This document shows positions 24,955 to 37,258 of a stretch of DNA of 64,000 nucleotides, one piece after another. The notes under the pieces were generated by a model. The model was not told the DNA's origin, did no database searches, and saw only the letters and a program-made list of their open reading frames with translations. Made by a program: the position numbers and the translations under genes. The DNA is from Lytechinus pictus (Eukaryota). The first letter of the stretch is position 1. Every line of letters starts with the position of its first letter. Where the stretch lies: contig NC_087245.1 in NCBI RefSeq assembly GCF_037042905.1, forward strand, positions 14,386,001-14,450,000, read 5' to 3'.

Positions 24955-27900
24955 CTAGGGGTAATTGTTTGGAGGGTAAATTTCCGGGGGGTAACATTCC
25001 CCGGCGGTAAAAATATGGGGATAATATTTTCCTTGAAGTAGTTGTCAGGGGGTGATTGCCCTAATTGGGTTATTGTTATAGAACCCAGGCGCGGATCCAG
25101 GATTTCGTGGGGAGTGGGGGGGGCCCAAATTTGACCTGATTTTTGGCGCCCATGTGTACTTTTCGAAAAATGGCGCCCACTCCCTCCCGGCCAGGCTTAC
25201 TTAAGTGCCTTAGATGGATTTTGAATTATCTTATAATCACATTAAAAAAAGACAATTAAAGACCACTTTTTTAATGTGTTCTTGAACAAAAATCCATGAA
25301 TATATAATGTAATATCAATGGGAGCGCGAAGCGCGAGCGATTTTGGGGGGTTTCAATTTGGTGTAACTTCTCACCAGAGTAGGCCCTACTAGAATATTGT
25401 GTGAACGGGAGCTGTAGTTCCTTTAATAGTTGTTTTAGAATACCCTTCAATCATATTAATGATAACCTCTTGGGAATAATGCAATCTCGAAGCAATCGAC
25501 TCATTCTCATCAGTGGCGTATTTATTCAGCATGGGTGCACGGGGGGGGGGGGGGGGGGCTTGTTGAACTTTTGTAGAGGGCACCAGGATAAAAAATGAAA
25601 TGGGGGGGGGGTAGAAGTTAAAGAAAATCTGAGATTTTATTCTTAAAAACACATTGAGGTATCTCACAAGGCCTAAATAAATAATAAGAACGCGAAGCGC
25701 GATCTGATTTTTTTTTTCATGTATTTTATCCTGAAAGCTTAAGTCAGGGGCGGACCCAGCTTCCGCCAATAGGGAGGGGGGCGATTTTTTTCACCCATAT
25801 TTTCCCCGATCGGCCGCTCAAAGTTTTTTCTTTTTTTTCTTTGAAGGGGTTGTCCCAGTGGCGTAATGAGCCAACAATTTTGAGGGGGCTCGATATGGCG
25901 TATCGCATAGAATTAATAAGAAGTTGCCAGTGAGCGAAGCAAGCAAGCAAATATGCTGACATTTTTATTACAAAAATACAAGGTTGTGATAGATTTTGAC
26001 ATAATATTTGGAAAATAATATTATATTTCATCCTCATCCCTTTCCTTTTCTCTCTTTTTTTTGGTCTTGATTCTTTTTTTTTTTTTTTGGGGGGGGGGGG
26101 AGCAAAACGCCCATGTCCTAACAGTCATTTCCTAGCTTTACTTTATAAACAACATAAATGTGTAATAATCTCATAAGCCCTTATATGCAAGCTAAAAAAA
26201 AATGAAATTTCATGTATTTTGTCCTGAAAATTGAACATTCTGGGCAATGTTTGTGAACCTGAACAGGACGCGTATGTAACTACATAATTACCACGAGCGC
26301 GAAGCGCGAGCAGAAATGTTAAATATGCGTTCTGGCCTGGTCGAAAAGGGACCTGTTAAGGACGTTTTGCAGTTAGCCATTAAGACGATACATATTTCAA
26401 CGATTAAATAATGCGAGCGCGAAGCGCGAGCTGAACAATTTTGATATTCCAACCTAAAAAGATGAGATTTCAAACCCCCAACGGAACACTCAATTTATGT
26501 TTTGTCAATCATGAAAAAGGATGGGTAATTTTTGGTATCCTCCTACATTAATAATGCGAGCGCAAAGCGCGAGCAGAAAATTTTTGATATTCTGATCTGA
26601 AACTGGATAATTTTAGCACGTTTTGAATAAGATCAAGCTGCGTATCTCAAAAAATATGCGGGCGCGTGTTTTAGAGTTAGACAGAATCTGGGCATTCTGA
26701 ATACATTTCATTTTTCATCATGAAAATCAATAATGCGAGCGCAGAGCGCGAGCTAAAAATAATATTTGAAATTCCGATATGAAAAGGGTCAATTAAAGCA
26801 CTATTTACAGCACTGTTTATATAGAGAAATTGTGAAGTGGAAGTGGATAGCACTAGATAAATGATGCGAGCACGAAGCGCGAGCTGATATTTTATTATTA
26901 TTTTAACCTAGGATCGAGACATTTTAGGCCTAAGGACATTTTGTCATCATATAAGAATGATGACTATCTTCTATTTATTTTCCTAAAACTTGTCGATATT
27001 TATTTCTGAAAAAGGGACAAATGAATTATTATGAATTCATACAAATTTTATTTCATATTAATCTAATAAGCCTAATGAGTGTGTGAAATTTGTTGACAGT
27101 GCATGAGGCCTGAAAACTGGATATTTTAAGTATTTTTGTAACCATGAATAGGATTCTTTGGTTGATATATTTTTAGCAAATAATGAGAGCGCAAATCGCG
27201 ATCCGAAATTTTTAAATGGGGGAATTTAAGAAGTTTGGTATAGAATTAATATATAGGTATACATACCTCACCAATCAAAATGCGAGCGCACAGCGCTAGC
27301 TCATAGGCCTTCATTTTTTACGATCGAGACACATGAAAAGGGATATTTAGATAATCTTATATGAAATACAAAAAGACAATAGGTAGGCCTACTTGGCAAA
27401 TAATGCGAGCGCACAAAATGTTGCAAATGTTGATTCACACCATAAAACGGACATTTCCAGAGCACAAAATAATGAAAGATCGATGTCCGAGCTGAATTAT
27501 GTTTTGTATATTGACTTCAAAACTTGATATTTTAAACTACATATCAGCCTATTGAGCAAGATATGTATCTCATCGAACAGGCAATGCGAGCGCGATGCGC
27601 GAGCGAAACTTTAATATAGTGACATTAAATATTTTCAAAAATTATTTTCCAAGTCTTCTCCTGACCTTATCTTATTCACTCGTCTTACTCCTTTTATGTT
27701 TCGTCTTTTTTTCTCCTTTCTTTCCCCTTCTTTTTTCTTTCTTTCCCCGTTTTTCCCAATTTATTTGCTCCGTCAATAGGGGGAGGGGGCCCTCGGGCCC
27801 CCTGAATCCGCCTATGTTAGTAGTTGTTATGATGAACACGATGCATATCTATTAAGAAATGAATGCGAGCGCGAAGCGCTAGCTGAAAACTTTTATAATG

Positions 27901-28464
27901 ATGAAACGAAAAGGACATTTTCAGTTGTCAGGTTAGAATACCAAATATTTTCAGCTTGTGCTTCTCTGTCGTGAGGTGAGGTCGGGATGCGTATATAACT
28001 AAACAATTAATTGATGCGAGCGCGAAGCGCGAGCTCAAATTTTTTATATACTGACTTAAGAAGGACTCTTTTAAGGTAGAATTCCTATTCTAATTGCTTG
28101 TCCTTTTTTTTTTCTGTTTCTTACCCTTTTTTGCGCCACCATGGGGGAGGGGGCAAAATCTTTGCCCCCTGGATCGGCCTATGTATGTTAACTTGAAAAA
28201 CACTAACACTTATGTACGTGGGATCGATGCAGAGGATACACACCTCATTAATCAAATATTGCTAGCGCGTAGCGCGAGATGAATTTGATATTAACCCTTT
28301 TTTGTGACCCTAAACAGGATATCTACTTCGCTTAACAGACTTAAAACTCGAGAACATTGTTTTTGTTTATTATCGTAAAAACGGGATATTTTAATTTAGC
28401 CGCATTAATTTAAGCTTTTTGGGCAGGACATATATTTCACTATAAACAGGCAATACCAGCAATG

Positions 28465-28800
28465 TTGCGCCCCCGGTCGAAAATGAATTTGCATGAAGCC
28501 CCCTAAGTTCAAGGTCAATTTGGCACCCTCGGTTGAACATAAACTTGGCGCCCCCATGTGAAATATAAATTTTCCCTCCCCCCCCTCTGAAACATGTATT
28601 TGTCGCATTATGGTCAAAATTCAAATTAGCGCTCCCCTAGTTCGAACATCAATTTGGTGCCCCGCTTGATCGAACATCAATTCGGCGCTCCCCTAGTTCG
28701 AACATCAATTTGGCGCCCCCCTCCCAGTTCAAACATTAATTCGGCGCCCCATAGTTCGAACGTCATTTTGGCGCCGCCTAGTTCGAACATCAAATCGACG
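28465..28800. repeat. ~29-bp tandem repeat (aatttggcgccccctagttcgaacatc-like)
   Basis: About 9-10 diverged units, subterminal in the hAT-like element. Confidence 0.8.
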
Positions 28801-28811
28801 TCTGTGTCAAA

Positions 28812-29449
28812 TCTCTCTCTTTCTATTCCCATCTCCTTTTCTTTTTTTTCTTTTTTCTCTTTTCCTCATTCCCCTTCCTTTCTCTTTCTTTCCCCCCTCT
28901 TCCTCCCCCTTTTTCTTCTTCTCTTCTTTTCCTTCCTCCTCTCTCTCTTTCTTTTTCTTATCTTCATTTTCCCCTTTTCTTCCTCTTTTTTCTTCTTGTC
29001 TTCCTTTCCCCCTTTTCTTATCTTTTTTCCCCATCTTTTCTTTCCCCCTTTTCTTCTCTTTTCTTCGCCTTTTCTTTCCCTCTTTTCCTCTCTCTTTTCT
29101 CCTTTTTCTTCTCTTCCTTTTCCCCCTTACTCTCTCTTTTTTCTTCTCTTCTTTTCCCCTCTTCCTCTCTCTCTCCCTTTTTTCTTATCTTTCTTCCCAT
29201 CTTCCTCTCTCTTTGAATATTCTTCTCTTCCTTCCTCTTTTTTTATTCTTCTTTTTCCCCCTTTTCCTTTCTCCTTTCTTTTCTTCTCTTCTTTCCCCCT
29301 TTTCTTCTCCCTTTTTCTTTGTCTTTCCTTTCCCCCTTTTTTTTCTTCTCTTTCTTTCTCCCTCTTCCTCTCTCTTTTATTCTCTTCTTTTCCCATGTTC
29401 CTCTCTTTTTTATTCTCTCCCTTTTCCCCTCTCCCCCGCTCTTTTTTTT
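28812..29449. repeat. ~640-bp polypyrimidine (C/T) low-complexity tract
   Basis: Almost no purines on +; explains the F/S/L/P- and K/E/R-rich ORFs. Confidence 0.95.
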
Positions 29450-29596
29450 GAGCTGGGGATGGGGGGGGGGGGGTGAGGCAAGGCCCCCTCGGCCCCCCAT
29501 GGATCCGCACTTGATAGAACCCCATGGTCTCGTATCATTTGACCTTTGGACCTCTCGATGACATTTGATATATCTGATTATAATTTTACACACACT

Positions 29597-29753
29597 GCGG
29601 ACTATCGGACCCGCGGATTAACGGACCCGCGGACTATCGGACCTGCGGACTAACGGACCCGCGGACTATCGGACCCGCGGACTATCGGACCCGCGGACTA
29701 TCGGACCTGCGGACTAACGGACCCGCGGACTATCGGACCCGCGGACTATCGGG
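29597..29753. repeat. 16-bp tandem repeat gcggactatcggaccc, ~10 copies (~3 inverted copies at 24045-24090)
   Basis: Directly visible; subterminal array of the foldback element. Confidence 0.92.
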
Positions 29754-30225
29754 ATGTCCCCGTTCCTTTGATTCATTCCTTGGTCTAACATTTCTTGAAG
29801 TACAACATTTATCAGCACCGTTTATTTGTCAATTTTCTTTTCATTTATAATTTCTGAGGGGCAGAAATCAAATTAGATAAAAATAAAAAATTGATGAAAC
29901 TGTAATGAAAAATTTTCTACAGAAAAAAATAAAATCTCACCTTCTTGTTCATATAGAGAGACAATGAAGAACCAATGAAAAAATCGAAGATACCAGTCCT
30001 CAAATGGGACAGCAGTTATTTAACAAGTAATATAGACCTTATTATTTCAAAATTCTTTAAAAATTGGTTCACGTACGGGCCATGATTTTCGTTCAAAAGA
30101 ATAGTGCTGCACTATCTTTCCAATAGTTTCAACAGTTGCCAAAGCTTCTGACCAGTCTTCTAACGTGAGTTTGTTTTGAGATATGGTAGAAATATTTGAT
30201 GAAACCAATCCTAACATATGTATTA

Positions 30226-30641
30226 AGGCCACCGCACACCTTACGACTGGTCTGCGACCCAATTTCAGAATAAAATGTAATAGAATTTGATGCTGATATT
30301 GGGACTTGGAATATCTTACTGTGTAATGTTCTAAATCATCGTACGAATACCTATGATAAAATTCGTGACTATGCTGTCATCCTTCTTAGAATAAAAGCGA
30401 ATTTAATATCTAGTCGTAATGACGTCATAGCAGTCGTACGATTGGCTGCGATTTGAAACTAATTTGGACTTTACTCCAAAATAAGGACTTGCAATCTTTC
30501 AAAATTGTTATAATATTATTATTTCAATTAATTTTAACCTCAAATGAAATGATATGTTCCATTCACATCTTCAGAAAATGAGCAAAATGCGATTTGTTCC
30601 AAAATCGGGTCGCAGACCAGTCGTAAGGTGTGCGGTCGCCT
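30226..30641. mobile_element. PIF/Harbinger-type MITE
   Basis: TTA|AGGCCACCGCACACCTTACGACTGGTCTGCGACCC ... GGGTCGCAGACCAGTCGTAAGGTGTGCGGTCGCCT|TTA; 3-bp TWA TSD. Confidence 0.85.
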
Positions 30642-31153
30642 TTAGATGTAATGGAGCACTGTAATGTCAATCTTTATTTTAAAACATACTTTCCGCGCTA
30701 AGTAGATCCTTACTGCGTCATTACAACGCACTGGTCAGATGGCGCTCCTGCTACTTTTATTTGGATATGTTGAGAGTCCACGTAGCGGAAAATGGGTCTC
30801 GGGAGATCATGCAAACAATGCTACAATTCTCGATACGCTCTCAGTACGCAGTGCTCACTGCGTCATGGCCATTTTTCGTTGACGTAGCGAGGACTGTATA
30901 GACGTTGCGTTGGTGTAAAGGGGCGTATATAAAGACGCTATGAAGTTACTGAAAACGGTAAACGACTCGTCAGCTTGGCATAGTGTGATAACTCTTGTGT
31001 TTACAATGGCGAAAGTTGCGGGTTCGAATCACGATTTAGGCAAACTTAATGTGATTTTTTAAAATATAAACTGAGGTAATACTTTGAACAAAATACAAGT
31101 CAAAGTTTTGTAGTCTCATTCAAAGACTCCAAAAACGTTTCATTGGTGATACG

Positions 31154-31415
31154 GGGGCGTCGGGGTTTAGTAGTTATGACTCTCATTTTCAATCTGAAGG
31201 ACGTGTGTTCGATCCCAGCCATGGCGTGTTTTCCTTCAGCAAGAAATTTACCCACAGAATTCTGCACTTAACTTAGGTATAAGGTGAATGGGTTCCCGGT
31301 AGGAAGAAATTCTCGAATGCTTGAGCGCCTATACATGGGCAGCGCAGCTAAAGCCGGGATGATAATAACAGCGCTTTGTATCATCAGGCGCCTTATAAAT
31401 CCAGCTATTATCATT
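31154..31415 (+). mobile_element. tRNA-derived SINE, near full length
   Basis: tRNA-like head, central domain shared with the 10432-10722 SINE, L2-like tail agcgctttg...ggcgccttataaat and (ATT)-type end. Confidence 0.85.
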
Positions 31416-31705
31416 GTCATTAATGATGTTATTACGGAAAGATGAAAAGTCCGAAAAGTTATAGAAACACAAGTAAATTTTCGCCCCCCCCCCGCCCGCA
31501 TCGACTTCTTAGGGATCATGAAGCAATATCTCGGATAATTGTTATTGTTAAGTCTAATCTCCCGTATTTCCCGTATCATTGAAATGTTTATAATGGGTTT
31601 TATCATGGGGAGAACCGTCTTGATTTTCTTCGCCTCCCTCTAGCGATCCTGAAGACATGAAAAGCAATAGTAAAAGACAGCAATTACTCTCTGCTCTCTC
31701 CCCAG

Positions 31706-31846
31706 GTCCGATCAGCCTCTTTTTCGGTCGGAAGTTTGGTAATCGTCTGGTCCCAACGGTAAGCTGCTTTCTGTCGACAATCTCGCTCCTCGCAGGAACA
31801 TTCAGCAAAACAGCCACTCTTTTTGGTTGCTCCCTATTTTTCACAA
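31706..31846 (+). CDS. SLC16-family transporter, exon 2
   Basis: ctctctccccAG acceptor, GTGAGT donor, phase 1/1; PISLFFGRKFGNR is the MFS motif A loop. Confidence 0.88.
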
Positions 31847-31989
31847 GTGAGTGAATGTAGTCGGTATATTTTTTGTTCTTAATGTTGTTCTTGTTATTGA
31901 TAGTTGAACAAGTTCTAGGCTTACACAGTCATGCTTAATGATATATCTGTGCTACATTACACATACATTAATGGACTGATGGTACTGTA

Positions 31990-32610
31990 CACACTAAGAA
32001 ATCCCGATGCAAATGGGGTGTACGATACGTGCGTACACCCCTTAATACCATCGAGGTGCAAGTTAGCTCTTATGCGAGAGTTCGTGTCTGTTGTACACCC
32101 CTGTACTCTTTGCGTGCACCCCACCAGTCTCGCTGATAGACGTATGGTATAGATAAAGATTTGTGATCGAAGATTACCCGAAATAACATTACACTAACAC
32201 CACTAGTGAAATGATTTGGTAAATATTTAATATTTATGTGATGATAATTGTTTCAAAAATACATTTAATTGATTACGTATACATTTGGAGAAACAGTAAA
32301 TAGAGCTACTTGAATCACAACCATCAGAACAAGTAAAAAAAGAATCGACTCATGTCGCTGTAGAGACCTCATCCAGTCTCAGCGCTTCTCGCTGGCATAG
32401 CGGGAAGAATCTTGATTACAGATTACGAGGTGAGTTCGATGCCCAACTAAGGTAACTAAAAAATCGATACAGAGAGGGAATGGACCAGAAGTCTCGACAA
32501 TTTTTTGGCATTTTAGGTGGGGTGTACGTGTGCACCGCTAGGGGTACTCGTATAGGGACAAGCCTGTGCACCCCTAGGGGTGTAAAATTGAATCCGAATT
32601 TCTTAGTGTG
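31990..32610. mobile_element. EnSpm/CACTA-like non-autonomous element
   Basis: TA|CACACTAAGAAAT ... ATTTCTTAGTGTG|TA; subterminal tacaccc/tgcaccc repeats at both ends. Confidence 0.7.
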
Positions 32611-33083
32611 TAACAGGTAATAAAAAAGGATCATGACTCAGGAAGGGATGCCAGTTCCGAGCTGCAAGTTGACAACCAGTCGGTGAGTCTAGTCTCCAAC
32701 GGATCCAATTCGTTCTTTGCTCTTTCTTTTCAAGCAGGTATTACGTCTTTGTAATATATTCATGTTGCTAGAGACTATTATGACTAATATGAGTCTTTTA
32801 TATTGCGAAGATAACGCAGAGACCGGCTGAATACTAACATCATCGCAACTTAAGAGACCACTCACGTCTCGGGACTAACTTGTGAATTTGGATGTTGCAT
32901 TGTATATTAGATTCTACGTCTATAAGAAAGTTCCTTCATGATTCGTCAAGGCCGGCACGCGTTATCAACAAAAGCAGCAACACGTGCTGTTGTTTAGATA
33001 TCCTTTTTAAACCCATTTCAATTTTTTTCTTCATACGTAATCTATGTTAATGCATTATTTCGATGTACACTTTATTGTCCTAG

Positions 33084-34175
33084 GTCTTTGCCTTTCGCCA
33101 TGGAGGCAGATATCAAGTGAAATCCTTCATCAGCACTTCGGAGAAGGGTTTGGACTAGCTACAACAATTACCCATCTGGGTGACCACCTCGGGAATTTTT
33201 TAATGCCGTTCCTGGCCTTGAAGTGTTTCGATGCCTATGGACTCAGGGGATGTTTATTGATCCTGACTGCTATAGTTTTTCACGGGGTACCTATGGCAGC
33301 CACATTGCGACCTCCACGATATTCAGAGGGTAGATTTGAAGAAGATAATGGTAATCGAGAGGACGATACTAAAGATGGCGTATTTGAGCCGCTTCAGCCA
33401 CATTGTAGCAGTACTGCGGACAGTGCCAATCAGACTCGGAATGAGATATTCCCATCAGACTCCACTGATTTATCCACGAATATTTTGAAGCAACCGGTGA
33501 GGCATGGGTTTGATCAAGATGTTGTTAGTGACTGTGAAATTGATCCGCTTAAATCAGGTAGCTATGAGATGGACAGTGCCAACCAACCTGAGAGTGAAGG
33601 AATCACAGTAGATGCAGATTTTATGTCCCCTAGGTCGAATGAACCAAATGAAACGCGGAATCTCCTGCATTCAGCTTACAACTTAATATGTAATGTGGTA
33701 CATGATATGTTCAGCTTCGCGAAGAAGGAATGTGTTTTTACATTTCTGTTGCTTCCCTGTCAAGTTTTGTTCGATATATCATACTGCTGCTGGGAAGTGT
33801 TTCTCTTCTCTTATGGAATATCCGAAGGATTGACTAAATATAAAGCCGCCTATCTTTTGGTTATGGGTTCCGTTGGGGGTATCATGGGACGACTTTTACT
33901 TATCGCAGTCCTCTACAAGCATCCATTACTGACCACGCACCTCCTGACATTCAATCTCGCAGTATCATCATTCGCACTCCTAGCCTATCCTATCAACTCG
34001 TCTCTGACATACTTGTTAAGTATTTCCTTCGTTGCCGGCTTTGGATTTTACGCTTCCTACTCTGCACTCTTCGGTACTTTCCCACTGAAAGTGCAAAAGG
34101 AGAATTTTCCTACGGCCATGGCGTGCTCTCTGATGCTGTGCGGAACTGCATATCTTATCTCAGGATTGCTCGCAG
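33084..34175 (+). CDS. SLC16-family transporter, exon 3 (mid TM4 to TM11 with the long central loop)
   Basis: ttgtcctAG acceptor, GTAAAG donor, phase 1/1; YGLRGCLLILTAI...AATLRP is a typical SLC16 TM6 motif. Confidence 0.92.
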
Positions 34176-34856
34176 GTAAAGATGAATACTTGATCATTGG
34201 GCAGAGGAGAGGGCATTCAGTAATACAGTGGGGGGGGGTGTATTGAGGAGTGCGCATGCACCCAGGGGGAGTAATGTCTTGTACAAGATTAAACCGATTC
34301 TCAAGTTTTAAAATACAAGAAAACACTTGGATCACAGCAATTTATTGGGTGCTCAAAACCAGTGTCATGGCGGACATTTTTAAATTCATCCATATTTTCA
34401 TATCTACGATATTCGTTACTTTTCCCTTGCTGGTGTAAGAAGGTTTATCATTATTTTTCATAATAAAGCCAATTAATTAAAGGGAAATAGTCCTATCGTA
34501 TTAATGACCATGTACATAAAAATTGTCCGTCCTTGAAAGGAACAAATGCCAAACATTAATTTTCTCCACCCTCGTGGCAGCCAGATATATCACTATTTTT
34601 TAAACAATGGAATGATTACGAAACTCTAATAAAGTTTATAAACATGAAATTGATAATCAGATTTGTTCTCATGGAATTTGTTAAGAATGCTTGAAAAATA
34701 TTACCGATGCAATTTAGAGGTTTCTTAAGCATTCTCATGTAAAAAGTATTTTACATATATTCACTAATTTGATGCAACTGTTTTGGTAATATGAATATAC
34801 AAACTTACAAAAACAATTTTCCAGATGATCTTTTACCGTTCTTGCTTCATTTTCTT

Positions 34857-35025
34857 TATTATTATTATTAGTAGTAGTAGTAGTAGTAGTAGTGGCAGTA
34901 GTAGTAGTAGTACTATAGTAGTAGAAGTAGTATAGTAGTCGTAGTAGTAGTAGTAGTAGTAGTCGTATTAATCGTTATTATCATTATTGTTATTTGTTAT
35001 TATTATTATTATTTTATCATTATCA
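34857..35025. repeat. (ATT)n/(AGT)n compound microsatellite
   Basis: Directly visible. Confidence 0.9.
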
Positions 35026-35132
35026 TTTCAAATCATCATCAAAGTTAATACCATCATTCACTGCTAATAGTGACAGGCTTTCGTGTATCGTTGGTAACGT
35101 AATGCTATTTACCTTTTCTCTTTTTATAACAG

Positions 35133-35284
35133 GTTTCCTGTACAATATGTTCGGTTCATACCGGGTTGTCTTTCGCATCTTAGGTATCAGTCTTGCCGGG
35201 ATCTGCATGGTCATCTTGATTTACATCTTCGTTGATTCGGTACGAAGTAAGAAGAGAGCACGGTCAAGATTAGAGAGGGAGTAG
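35133..35284 (+). CDS. SLC16-family transporter, terminal exon (GFLYNMFGSYRVVF...RLERE*)
   Basis: ttttctctttttataacAG acceptor, phase 1; G.LYD..GSY-type motif followed by TM12 and TAG. Confidence 0.9.
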
Positions 35285-36820
35285 AGGTCATTTATTACGC
35301 GATCAGAACATTATCATCATATGTTATTCATGCTCTTGACTGTTCGAAGAGGACTAAAGATATTTCAGCATAATCATGATAATACAGGTGCAATAGTTTC
35401 CGGGGTTGGTAGCGTCATAAAAAAAGGAGGATTGTGATGAAAAGGTCGTTGACGTCATTCACTTTCCATGCACATATTGCTTTCTGAACGAGTGTTATTG
35501 CCATATTGCTGCTTGAGACAATCGAGAAGTTCATTCGTTGTCATTTTTGTAATCATATTTCATTAATAAAAACATAAACAAAAAATTGAATGTGTGATGC
35601 CATCGACTTTAATTTGCACATCGACCAAGATTTGCATAGTCATTATTCTTTCTTTCAGCAGTCCTGAATTGATGAAATTTTCATTATAACTCTTAGTTTC
35701 TGCATTCATTCAATTCAGCTTGATGTTTGGGTGACTTAGGATATTTTGTAACGAGGGGGGGGATAATCACCCCTCAGAAATTATGAAGAGCGAAAGAAAG
35801 AAGTAAAATTATAATGATTAGTATTGGATCATCCTATGCAGCCATCAAGTAGTATGAAAATACGATATTTGACATAGATTTCCTTGTGTAGCCCACACTC
35901 TGGAATAGTCTTCATTTTGGAAGTCGGGGTTATAATAATTATTGATATTTCTATAGCGCCTTTTCCATAAGATACAAAACGCTTCGTGATGCAATCCTTG
36001 GTCGGTTCCCTGATATTTTGTTCCTGCGAAACCCAACTTCGAATCCAACTTTCCTCTCAGTTCATCGTCACCGTCACATGATTCTGAAGCATAGAACCCT
36101 GGAACAACCCGAATCCTCACCCATAGGCGGATCCAGGGGGCGAGGGCCCCCTCCCTAAAAAAAGGGGAAAAAAGGAGGAAAATGAGAGGAGAAAAAAAAA
36201 ACGAGGAGGAAGACGAGTGAATAAAATAAGATGAGGGGAAGACTTGGGGGAAAAAATTGTCACTATATGAAATTTTCGCTCGCGCTATGCGAAGGCATTG
36301 ATCAAATACATACAGCCGAAAAAGCTGTCAAAACGTCGAAGGATCAAATGTAAATCTCTACCAGAAGCCAAAATTGAAAGTGCTTATGACACCATCTGTG
36401 ACCTCACAACGCCTAGTCCTCCGGATGAAGTGATTCTACACCTTGGAACAAATAATATACCTAGTGATAACAATGACGTGATTATTGCAAAATTATCATC
36501 CCTGTGTGATGAAATTATCACCCTCTGTGACGTCCCTAAGCTCCCATTCCCGACCTTTCGTTGGAAGAACGCGAACGCTTATTTACGACGTTAGTTGATT
36601 TTAGAAGAGACTTTTGGGCCCGTCGTCATGGTCTTAAAACTTTGTCCTGCAATGCAAATTGTGTGACATGAGATTTTTTTTTGTTTCGCATCTGGAACGG
36701 AAACATTCAATTTGCGTTTCGTGTGCAAAATTCTGGTTGCTACTATGGTAACAGCGATATATCCGATTTAGGACGACTTTCCAAATCCACATTTGGTTCC
36801 TCCCAGAGCTTGAGAGGCCG

Positions 36821-37120
36821 CCCGGGGGGCCCACTTTCATTGAAGGGTGGATACCAGGCGCAACAACGCGTAAAAAGGGAAAGAGTGGGTAAGTACGTTA
36901 CGTATAGGCCTATGTAACGTTATAAAGGTGTCAAAAACGATGATTAAAATACTGAAAAAAGGGATATATTTCCAATACTTGTAGGGTTTCAGAAGACGAA
37001 TAATTGTTAAAAGATGCATTTTCATAATCTGGAAAAGACTTGCTTCCCTCGTTTAGGGTACTTTTCGAAACCCCATGGTCGTGCCTGGTATCCACTCATC
37101 AATGGAAGTGGTCCCCCCGG
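36821..37120. mobile_element. MITE with CCGGGGGG termini
   Basis: ccggggggcccactttcattgaagggtggataccaggcgc is inverted as gtgcctggtatccactcatcaatggaagtggtccccccgg. Confidence 0.8.
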
Positions 37121-37258
37121 AATTTGAATCTAACCCCCATTTCTGGGGAAAGTAAAACATAATACCCTTTACATCGTGTGCTAGAGGCGTATCGTTTGTG
37201 TAGAAAGAGTGAACAAAATAAACAAAAGAAACCCGCATGCAAACGTATTGCATAGTAC

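Larger units (their letters stand above)
25086..29513. mobile_element. 4.4-kb hAT-like non-autonomous element in the right arm of the foldback; contains further MITE pieces (e.g. 25745-27816)
   Basis: Termini CAGGCGCGGATCCA / TGGATCCGCACTTG; perfect 8-bp TSD atagaacc (25078-25085, 29514-29521). Confidence 0.85.
24036..29761. mobile_element. Mutator/TU-like foldback element (~0.65 kb of its own sequence) expanded by nested insertions
   Basis: Flanking direct repeat gttccttt(g) at 24028 and 29762 (8-9 bp); the left arm 24036-24295 is inverted relative to 24965-25085 plus 29522-29761; subterminal 16-bp tandem repeats at both ends. Confidence 0.8.

Noticed and set aside
28654..29593. 265-aa F/S/L/P-rich ORF and antisense K/E/R-rich ORFs
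   Set aside because: Artefacts of the polypyrimidine tract.
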